From the NCBI GenBank assembly GCA_021613535.1, contig CP075496.1:5828001-5892000 (forward strand): a stretch of 64,000 bases of DNA, given 5' to 3'. The position numbers and the translations under genes are program-made. The DNA comes from Adineta vaga. Lineage: Eukaryota > Animalia > Rotifera. Numbering within the stretch: position 1 is the stretch's first letter; every line of letters begins with the position of its first letter. Below are positions 14,248-25,218 of this stretch, piece by piece. The notes beneath the pieces were generated by a model. That model was not told the DNA's origin and made no database searches. It worked only from the letters and a program-made list of their open reading frames with translations.

Positions 14248-14316
14248 AGGAAGAGTGTTATACCCGGTGATTTATTTCATATTCTAAATCAAATTAACCG
14301 GCTATCCAATCTTCTA
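14248..14316 (-). ncRNA. mir-36: pre-miRNA, miR-36 family; predicted 3p mature UCACCGGGUAUAACACUCUUCC (14270-14249)
   Basis: 5' arm GAAGAUUGGAUAGCCGGUUAAUUUG pairs with the UCACCGGGU-containing 3' arm with small bulges. Confidence 0.87.
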
Positions 14317-14393
14317 TCGAAAGAACAAAAGTTTTTCAGATAAAAATCAAGTAAACTCATGAAAAACATCTAAATTATTCTTTAAAAACATCA

Positions 14394-14473
14394 TCACTAA
14401 AGCTAAGTGTAGAACCCGGTGAGAAATCATTTTCATATCCACCTCTACCGAAGTTCCACCTAGCTTTAGTAAT
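14394..14473 (-). ncRNA. mir-36: pre-miRNA, miR-36 family; predicted 3p mature UCACCGGGUUCUACACUUAGCU (14422-14401)
   Basis: Perfect basal stem ACTAAAGCTA...TAGCTTTAGT; 5' arm GGUGGAACUUCGGUAGAG pairs with the seed arm. Confidence 0.9.
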
Positions 14474-14511
14474 ATGTCAAACGAAGAGAAGAAATAGATA
14501 ATATATCAAGT

Positions 14512-14609
14512 GAAGGTGCTCTCAATTAGGATGAGTGTGAGATCTAGTCATGAACTTGCAAAAACCACATAGACTAAATAACACAATCATATGAATCGGA
14601 GAGCTCTTC
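14512..14609 (-). ncRNA. mir-279: pre-miRNA, miR-279 family; predicted 3p mature UGACUAGAUCUCACACUCAUCC (14550-14529)
   Basis: Near-identical to canonical miR-279 (UGACUAGAUCCACACUCAU..). Star arm AUGAUUGUGUUAUUUAGUCUAUG; extended basal stem GCTCTC...GAGAGC. Confidence 0.92.
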
Positions 14610-16821
14610 TCTTCAAAGATTTTGTCATTAAGTATACTATCACCACAAACAATAAATACAAAATCCAAGCATAGCATGCAGATTTAATAAAAGAAAAAGT
14701 ATGATATATAGAGAAAGAGAGCAGCTCACCATGCTTTGATCCAATACTTCAATTGTTTTTTCCTTTTTTTGAATGCATATGTACATATATAGATATTAGT
14801 AAGTTTGACTAGGTTTATTTTGTTGTTGGTTTTTTCGTCTATAGATTTAACATAAGACAGAGAACGACGTTTTTTTGACGGTAGGAGACGACAATAAATG
14901 TTAAGACAAACGCGATGCAAATGAACAACTGGACGAGTTGGCCCGACGATTGACCCTATATACATTGTTTTCTATGTATTCTCTCTTGCTTCTCGTCGTT
15001 GTCGAAAAAAAGCAGTAAAAGAAAGCGAGCGAGCGAGAGGGAGAGAGAGAGAGAAAAAACCGTAAAGACAAGCGAAAGCTTGTATAAATGTATACTTGCA
15101 TCCGACCGTTGTCGATCGATGTCTAATATGAGCGACATGTTCAGATATGTACATTTTCTCTTCTCTTTCTCTCGATTTTTGACCGAACATTGACCTGTTT
15201 CTCTTTCTTTTTCTAAATGCTATTTTTGCCCGATACTAGCATACTATATCCATGCTTGTCTCTTCGATTTGTCCAATGGTAGAAATATGAACATCATCTT
15301 TCGTCTAAACATTGATAGATTTTTTTTCTCTTTCTGTCTTCATCCAGACATCCTGACCTTAGGAAAAAAGAAGTAACAGAAGAACGGACAACTGAACAAA
15401 CAGAAAAAAGATGGTTGGTTCAAAGATGTTATGTCTGACAAGTCTATTATTTTGGCTTAACGCCAAATTTATATACATAGACATATACTAACGACATATA
15501 GAAGCCATTTGAGGTAAAATAAAATCAAAACAAACGTGCAATAAGTGTCTGTTATGTTTGAGTAAAAAGCAATTGGCTGAATCCATTGATGATAATGAGG
15601 AAAAAAGAATAACACATCTGACAATATATTGATAGTTGTCTGGAGTTTTCATATCGTTTATGTTGAAATCATGTTCAAAATGAATTTCTTCTTCTTCGAG
15701 TCATTCAAACGATGAAGACATTACCGTATAGAATATGAACAATAACAAACGAAAAGTAACTGTAGGATTAAGCATGTTGTTAAATGTTCTATTTGTTTGA
15801 CAACGGCTTTATATCTGACGAAAGCTACTGAAGCTCTTTTAAGTATTTAACGGAAAAATCTTCATTGAAGAAAAAAGAAAACGAACGATCAATTCGACAT
15901 CCATCAATCGTTTGTCATTAGTGATGGTTTGTCTAGATTGATCTTATCTATTTCTTTTGTCAACACTTTACTTGAATAATCATTGTTGATGATCATCTGT
16001 TACGTGAGTTCAATATCAAAAACAAAATTAAAAACATTCATCAAATTACATAGAATGACAATGATGTAAGATCGGATCAGAATATCACTTTTATCTTTCA
16101 CTCACTCTGTAATTGACATCTATCAATGATGAAAGATCGCTTCTTTTTCGGAAAAAGAATATAAATTTATTCACTGAAATAACGTTATATCTCCGTTTGT
16201 TTTTGCTTAATTATCGTCAGTACTGAAAATCTTGCATTTAGCTATTGATAATGATGATCATTATTCTCAATAGTTAACACTCATATTCATTCATCTTCAT
16301 TTTGTTTGGACACTTCTGTCGTTCATCAGTGAATTAGATCGATACACTAGGGAGAAGACGAGCTTATTAACAGTATAAGATACATTACTCTGTTGATCTA
16401 CAAAATAACCATTAGTCTAATGTGTTGATGATTATTTATATCTCCTGATGTTTATAAACATCAAAAATACATTTTGTTTTATTTTTGTTTGTTTTTTGGC
16501 ATTGATTGAAAGATATCGGAATGATTTTGATTTCGATGAAGAGATGCAGTAGTCTGTTTATGACAGATTCGTAACATTTCGTTTGTTTTGATAGAACGAG
16601 ACAGACAGAAGAGAGTTTTAAGTAAGTGGTAGAGTGAGTGTTCTAATTGATGTTCTTTCAACTACAAATATTTGAACACTTGAACAATTTTTCGTCGTAC
16701 ATTCAAGTATTTGTAAGTGATGTCTATTGTATTGGAAGAAAAAAAGAAAACGAAACGTATGTTAAGTTCACAAATTGAAAGGTTCATATTAACAAAGAAT
16801 TCATCTATGTATGATATTTAT

Positions 16822-18540
16822 TTAAGAAATCAATTGAAAGTTTTTCTTCAATTGCGTTTTCGCCTTATTTGTCTCATGAATTTCAGTTATTCGATTCGAT
16901 GATGTTTGATAATGTTGATAGAATAGAACAGAAGATGGATTTTGTAGATATTTCCATGGATGAAAGATCTTTTCTGGATTATGAATTGTTTCTATTTGAC
17001 GTAAATGTAATTCATGTTGAACTATTTGAACTTTACGTTCCCAAACATGAATATTTCTACGCAGATTGATTTGTTTCGATTTTAAATCTACATAATTTGG
17101 AATAGATGGAACACGATAGGTAACAGCTATTTCTTGCAATTGTTCGTTTATTTTCTCATATTGTCGAATTTCCTAATAAAAAACAAAGAGATAAGATGCA
17201 ATTGAAAAGAGATTTTATTCAATTTTACATATAACATTTTTTGTTTGATTTCATTATAATATTTTACTAATTGTATTCGATTATTTATTTCTTTACGTAA
17301 AGATACAAGTGTACGAAGTTCTTTGAATAATTCAGGCTAAAGACAAAGTATAACGAATATTGATAATTTCATTTAGAATTCTTTTTCTATCGTCATAACC
17401 TTCTTAGCATTAAGTTTCATATTCGCTTCAGATTGTTGTCGTTTATAGAAAATCAACATTTTATTTTTAATATTAACTTCTTTTAATTGTTTATCGATAT
17501 CAATTTTCAATTGTTCAAAATCTACTTCCGTTATTGTATCAACTATTTGACGAACCTAGATTTACATAACGATCGAGACAGAACAAGAGCTTTTAGAAGA
17601 AAAATTTATATCAAACTTTTCGAATGGATTTTTCTGTACCATCAATATTGAAACGAAGACGAACAGTTTTCTGCCATTTCTATGACAATAAGATATCGAA
17701 ATGGATTTATCTTCATAGAAATAGTTGTACTTACTCTTTCATTTAAAGCTTCCTAAAGAAGAAGAAAAAACGAGTTTCATCAAGAATTATCAAAGAAGAA
17801 AAGTTCACTAGATAATGCATTCTATCATGAATATATTCAAAGAATTCTTCAGCAGTAAATCGTTTTTGTGTTGATATCAAATCAATATTCATTTTTTGTA
17901 TGAATTTTTTCAATGTAATCAATTCATGTTCTAAATGAATGATAGTTTCACCATCAGTTTCAAGTGTATTCTAAAAAATGGTACAAAATTTCTCATGAAG
18001 ATATATTTTGTTTATCTCACAATGCATTCATCAACATATTGTGTTATATTAATTCCATATTTTTGATTGTAAGCAAACAAAACTTTACAAATAGCTTCGG
18101 CTATTTCACGTTTCTTTTCAATAGATAATGGTTGTTTAGTTTTATGTTTCAAAATTTTATGAGATAATGGTTTTATTTTATCTGAATGAATTGATATTTC
18201 AAATCGAAAATATAAACTTGTTTACTTGGAAGAAGAATATTCTCAGATATTCGTTTGTCTTGATGAGGAACTATTTTCTTTTCATACCATATCAAATAAT
18301 TATGTAGTAGACGATTTTCAGCATGAAGATATATGATCTGTTCACTTCAAATAGATTCCAATAATTCATATGAAGAAAAAAAAACCAAAGGAAATTTTAC
18401 TTCAACTTTTTCACTTTTTTCTGTAGTATGACAAGTGATAAATTGGATAGATCTTCCATTTCTTGCTCATTATATAAATTATGATCATATCCATTGAGGA
18501 TAGCAGTTATATTTTTACTTAAATCCTGTTGATACGACAT
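16822..18540 (-). CDS. Coiled-coil ciliary protein, CCDC113/CFAP263-like (DUF4201-type), multi-exon
   Basis: Exons splice in frame from the ATG at 18540. Motifs LHAENRLLHNYL, VDFEQLKIDI and YRVPSIPNYVDLK...IHVWERKVQI are typical of the CCDC113/CCDC96 family. 3' end approximate. Confidence 0.7.
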
Positions 18541-18787
18541 ATTGCTATTCAGTATTGTATTAACGAATAGTTTTAGCGCTGAGTTTATTCATTACTTGAT
18601 TCTACAGTACTATGAAATTAATCATCTCCTTTTTGCTTAGATTGTAGAATTCAATGGCGTAGAGCGATCTCTGTCCTTCAAATAAATAATCATTTTCATT
18701 ACCCGTGAGCTATTTTTACAAAACAAATATAGACGTTTTAATGTATATACAGAAAAACAGCGTTTCTGTCTTTATGATTTGATCATG

Positions 18788-18823
18788 GTTACTATGGATA
18801 TGATCAGCTGAAAGTATGGTAAC
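18788..18823. promoter_or_regulatory. Candidate RFX X-box-like sites in the bidirectional promoter of CCDC113-like and CEP97
   Basis: GTTACTATGGATAT (imperfect GTTNCCATGGNAAC palindrome) plus an ATGGTAAC half-site, between two divergent cilium/centriole genes. Confidence 0.4.
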
Positions 18824-18969
18824 TTATAAAGTCGAAATGCATCAGCACACACCTTTTTAAAAGTCATCTATTCAAGGCGAAATAAATAAAAGAACAAAAA
18901 TACATTTTCACTGCAAGTTGTATCACATCGGTAAATTTCGACGAAAAAAGTTTATTAAATCTCTCAACA

Positions 18970-21900
18970 ATGTCAATCCGAGCAAGCCATCCATTAATTT
19001 TCTCGATTGATAATTATTTATTAGAAGAACATTTAGTTCAACTTGATTTATCTTCGAAACATTTAAAACGAATCGATCAAATATCAAATCAAATTGATTT
19101 TAATGTTATTCTACTTGATCATAATGAAATAAGTAAAGTTGAAAACCTAGATCGATTTTCTCAATTAACTCAAGTAATATCGCTTTATATTTATCAAGAA
19201 AACTTTGTTTTTCATCAATAATTTCTTTAGTTATCATTATCTCATAACCGTCTGATTGATATTCATTTACTGCATCGAATAAGATCAGTACAAAAACTGA
19301 ATCTATCGTATAACTTAATCGATTCCATTGATAGTAAGAAATGAATCTTTTCTATTCTGTTGCATTTCGAATTCATCTTTTAAGGTTTAAAAACTCTACA
19401 AAATCTTGTTATGTTAAATATATCCAATAATAATATTCCGAGTATAGGAATACTAAATAACTGTTGTACATTACAATCATTAGATGCCAGTGAAAATTGT
19501 ATTCAACAAATTGAAGATCTTTCACAATTGACATCATTAAAAGTAAGAAGAAATTCTAAATTTAACATAGAATATTGATTGATTTATTTTATTAGTATTT
19601 GAATTTACATAAAAATTTTCTGGATACATTAAATTTGATTTCACGCTATTGGCCAAAATCACTTCATACATTGATTATATCCGATAATGAAATTCAAGAT
19701 TTAACTGAAGTAAATAGTTTTGAATTTCTAAACATTATTTTGAAATATTTTTTTGAAATGAAGATTGCTCATTTATCATCATTTATTACATTGAATACGC
19801 TTTATTTTATTGATAATCCATGTCTATCAATAGTAGATGAAAAACATGGATGCCATCAACCATTTGATTACAGACCATATATTCTTAATTGGTGCGTATC
19901 ACTTCATAATTTAGATGGATTATTTATTACACGAAAAGAAAGGTAAGACTTATGATAGTAGATATTTTCATGTTTTTTTCTCTTCTATTACGAATCTAGT
20001 TTGAAAGCTGAATGGCTTTTAAGTCAAGGTAAAGGTCGATCATTTGGATTTGGTGAGCATGCTGAACTTGTTCAATATTTAATACGAGTCTGTAGCACAG
20101 ATACTCATGAAGTAAAACAAATCGAATTTTGATGTGTTCTATTTCTCCTTCGTTTAAAAGAAAGATGATCTAAACCTATCACGTATTATGCAGCAACAAA
20201 ATTTATATATTCATCAACGACAAAATGGTCAGATTTTGTTTTAAAACTAAATCTATTTACTTCAATTATTAGTTTCTAGAACATACAAATGAAGAAATGG
20301 AAGCAACATCAGATACCATTCATGATGCGACTGACACATTATCTCAAAGTTTAACATTCATATCATAAATGTATAACAATAGAAATGTGTACACTTTAGA
20401 TACACATCGAAAATTACATCAAAGTACACTTATATCAGAATCCGAGTTTATATTGTTAAATACTTCATCTTCAACCACATCTGCAGATGAGGAACCTGTC
20501 TCATCCACTCGTCGTACGATATTCAAATTTGATGATTCATTCTCAAACATTCTATTTCCGCCCTAGTAGATCATCAAATGCATACACCAAGTCAAGCATA
20601 TAGTCGATCAATACACACCAGCGTTTCTCATATCGATGATCCAATAACAGAGAATAGTTCTAGTAATCGTTATGCTCAATACGATGATCGACCGATTAAA
20701 CCATTAGATCAAAATATGCTTCAAGCAAAACTTAATCAATATCCATTTAATAAGTAAACGTCATGTATTACCAGTTTAATATATACGACTCTTTGAATAT
20801 TATTAGTTTTCAAAAGGATAATATAAATCGGTCTCGTTCTCAAATTCAAGCTCATGCTCAGGCAATCAAACCATCACCGTCTTCTTTAGGTTACAATGCG
20901 AATCGTTATTCACCAAAAACGGCATCGTCTGAGCCGACTCATTCGTCTATTCTTTCTGAGCAAACAAATGTCACACTTACTAAATGTAAGAAAAAATGTT
21001 TTCTTTTCTTTATTCTATTAAAAAATCGAACCATCCATAGTATCTCACAATCGACAGAAACTTCGAAGAAGAAATACAATTCACAGTAATCTTCTTCAAC
21101 CATATGACAATGTTAAACATTACTCGACAACGAATAACAGAAATCAAATTAAAGAGCGTCAAGTATTGATCGACACTTCAAATGATAATAGAAATCGTAA
21201 GGCTTTCTTGAGAGAGAAAAAAATAACAAAATTTACGTATCTTAAAATCATTTTACACGATTTTGATGCGTACGCACTTCACTAACACTTTTTTAAATCC
21301 ATGATTTCAAGACAAAAAGGTGAGTCTACTCTTGTTCATAAAACGACATTTACATGCTGATGAACATTCTTGTTTTGATAACTAAAAAATAATTCTTTCT
21401 ATCACTAATTAGAACATGTTGACGATGATATGGAACTTCATTCGAAATCAGTTCCAACAACTACTATGTTATCAGCTCGAAGTACAACAATGAATAATAC
21501 CAGTGACATAGATAAATTAACGACTTCTGTAGAAACAATGCGAACATCAATTCTTCACGCGTATGTTTAACAAACTATTGTTTCGATATTATACAATTTT
21601 TATCACATCTTTCTAAAGGTATATGGATTTACATGAACGATTTACTAAAACAACTGAATTACAAACATCTGCAATATCTGCCCTTTGGAAAAAAGTATGA
21701 CGATTCAGATGAGATAAGTTTGCTGTGTATAAATCTATTCATGCATATTTTAGTGTGAAACACAAAATTTAACACATCAACATGAAACGGAAAAGATTAC
21801 TCAACAAAATCGATTACTCAATCAACGAATACATGAACTTGAAGAACGTTTAAAAACTACGAATGAATCACATTCAGTAAGAAAAAGAAATCTTGCTTCG

Positions 21901-23191
21901 TTTGTCTACGACTATTATCTAAAATGGACAAAATCACAGATTTATTAGTCAATAAACACGAAATAATTTCTAAACTCTTCTTTTCTAGGCTACACACACT
22001 ATTTCAAAACATAATCCACATATTCATCCTCCACTTCGTGCTCACATTTCTAAACGTGATGCAAAAAGTTTTTTTCTTCATTGGATACCAAATTCATTGA
22101 ATGAATCTCAAAGAATTCTTGGTTACCGAATATATATTGACGATGTTTTCAAAGGGGCTATTGATTCTGGAAAATTCGAAGCTATTATTGATTATATTCG
22201 TGATGAAGGAGAATATAAAATCAAAATACGAACTTATAATCAAGATGGAGAATCGTCAGATTCAAATATTGTCATTGCGAGATTTCGTCGTCAACATTCA
22301 ACGATGCCAGCTTCGGAAGTAACAACATCACGACGACGAACGCAATCGGAACGTATTGCTGAAGATATCAATGAAAAACAAACAAATGAAGATTTAATAA
22401 TGTTATCGAGAAATCGAAGTCGAACACCGATTATTATGGATAAACGACGAAGTGATATTGAACAACCACAAGATCTTCTTTCAATAACACCAGAAAAAGA
22501 AACAGTAGATTGAAGAATTCTTCCTTCTCTTTCGATTTATCTACTTGCAATTTTAGATTTTAACTGATCAACCTTCCGATTCATCGACAAAAACAAGTCC
22601 TCATATGACAAGAAAAGATTATGCTGTTATGGGTAAACCACCAATATCACCTACATCGAGTCCTAATCGAACTGAGAGAAAATCACCGAACAGAGAATTC
22701 TGCGGTAAATAAAAAGAATTCATGATAATGTATATAATTGACAACGCAATTTTCTTTATAGGTCTTTCAACCAAACGAAGTCCTGTACGAGCAGGTATTA
22801 TGTCTCGTTTGACAAAGAGTTCTAATAAACTGAAACAAAATAGTAATCTTTTGAATGTTCCACCCATTGAACGAAGTAATAGTCCAACAGAATCGATAAA
22901 TATCTCGAAAAATGAAGTAAAATTCATCTAATTATTTCAATATGATTACATGATCTATTTTAGATGATGTCAGTCAAACGAACAATTACATTTCAACCTG
23001 ATTTAAACAGTAATGAACATGAATCTATAGTTAGTCAACAAATTCCAATAAGATCAACATTTGATCCAACGACTTCGATAGATGTTGATCATTTTACAAC
23101 ACGTTCTAGTACATTCTTATCAACGTCACCGTCCTCACCTCCTTCCAGAAGATCAACGAAATTTGTACCTACAAGCTCCCTCGATCAGTAG
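18970..23191 (+). CDS. CEP97: Centrosomal protein CEP97-like (N-terminal LRRs, coiled coil, additional FN3-like domain), multi-exon
   Basis: LRR array followed by the CEP97 signature [19 protein letters not shown]...[31 protein letters not shown]; coiled coil with QTSAISALW. True start uncertain. Confidence 0.88.
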
Positions 23192-23444
23192 ATGATGTCA
23201 ACAAACTGTATTTAAAATTGTCAGATATTCAGTTTTATGAACTTGATTCTGAGTGTTATTTTTTTTCTCTCTATTTCGATATAATTACAGAATATAACTT
23301 GTGTGCTAAGATGTATTGAATAACTCAACTGTTCATTGTGACATACACATATCATTTTTGACAATCTATTTTATATCAAAGACATTTATTCGTTGTAATA
23401 AAACAAGTGATAACAATACATTTGTTCGATAACTGTTTCAATTA

Positions 23445-25218
23445 CTAGCATGGCTTAGGCTGCCAACAATTGCACCATTCATCAGGTATTCCAGCAGTTC
23501 GACAAGTTCGATCATTAGATATGTTTTCAGAAAACAGATTGATTGCTTTTGGTAATGTTAAAGGCAATGAACTTTTAGCAAATCGAGCAAACGTCATATA
23601 AATATCACCGTGACTAATGAGTTTATCACTATTCGATTTTAAATAATTCATAATACTAGTTGAATCTTTCACATTTTTACCTATTAGAATATAAAGTGGC
23701 GGATTTCGATGATCAAATTCACGCCATAATTCTTTCCAATCATGTCCATGTAAACCATGATCACCGAGTATAATGAGTATTGTATTGTCCAATGCTTCAG
23801 ATTTATTTGCGGCAAGTAAAAAATCATGAAATGCCGTATCTAATACTGCATAATTAACTAATTCATCTTCAGTATGTGGATCGACCATATTATTTATTGA
23901 AAACCAACCACCTGAACGCATAGCGTTAAAGCGATCATAAAGATACGAAAACATTTCATCTGCTATCCATGTCGTACTTTTAATACAGCCACCTTTGTTG
24001 TTATATAATTCAACTGTATCACCACCAAATTCACCAAAATAATTACTTGCTAAAACACGATCAACAGTTTTAGAAGGAATGTAATTTGGCAATTGATAAC
24101 TATAACTTTCTAAGAGACTAGTTGCATAACCAGCTTGCTTGTACAAATTTAGAAGTGAAGTTTGTTGACAATTACCAGAACCACAGTATACTCTTCTCAT
24201 ATTTGGTTCAGAATTTCTTCCATTCACATTGAGATAACGAAATTCAATTCCTTTGGCATCTCTTAATGCCGATAAGGTATATGGAGTTGAATTGGATTTA
24301 CTAGGAAAAAAAATAGTCAAAGTAAATATACAATTATCTTTTTGTTTTGTCAGTTGAATAAATTTTATGTATTCTAAGAAACGATAATCTAACAGAACAA
24401 TCAGAAACAGTTTTATATGATGTGAGGTATTTTTCTTCTTCTTGAAGTTTCTTTAAACAGCATAAAATGAATATACCTGTAAGCTGTGAGGAGACTATAA
24501 GAACGTGGCATTCTTCTATACATTGCTTGTCGACCAAGAGCATCGAATTGTAGAAACACAACGTTCGGTTTCTGCTTGGCAGCGGCAGATGGTTCAGGAA
24601 GCGGTCGAGAATGCAAATGCAGACGAGTAACCGGCTCTGAATAAAATGGAAGACTACATTGAGTGTAAACCCATTCATGATCTCCCATATTAACAGGACT
24701 GATATAATTCTCTAGAAGTGAATTTCGAGTTCGAAAACCATATTTTGGTTGCATCGATGGTGGACAATCAATAACTAATGTATTATTAGTTCTGATTATT
24801 TTTGAAAACGTTGGCGCCCAACAACCATGTCGATACATCGGTCCCCATCTACAAAAAAAATTTCTCTCAGTACCGATCAACATAATCAAATTCTACAAGA
24901 TTAAAAGAACACTTACCGATGCCGCCATATAAAGTCTAATGTCGATGCCAAACTACGACTGTCAGTTTCTGGTATATAACAATTACGCAACTTTTCGTTG
25001 ACTTGAACATTGTATTCACTTCTTGGTGCATTTGGTCGAAACCTGATATTTGAATCACATACATTTCCTTTATTCTCTTGTATAAAGATAGTTCTATTGA
25101 ATATTTTATAATTTATTGAAGTTCTAGTCAGTATATGAGGAAATGTTAGAATTGAAAAAAGTGTTACAACCAAAAAGGCAAGTGCCATCAATACATAATG
25201 ATAGCAAGGTTTTGTCAT
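23445..25218 (-). CDS. DUF229-like type II membrane protein (alkaline phosphatase/sulfatase superfamily), 3 exons
   Basis: N-terminal TM anchor; KPNVVFLQFDALGRQAMYRRMPRS, PHTED, TILIILGDHG and C-terminal RTCRTAGIPDEWCNC. Introns at about 24916-24850 and 24478-24301. Confidence 0.8.

Noticed and set aside
14105-14422. Repeated AGTGT..ACCCGGTGA motif read as a CRISPR-like or satellite array
   Set aside because: Eukaryotic context, no cas genes, long irregular spacing; each copy is one arm of a miRNA-type hairpin.
14726-15193. Five overlapping short ORFs on both strands
   Set aside because: They arise from GA/CT-rich low-complexity sequence and have no motifs; a micropeptide cannot be fully excluded.
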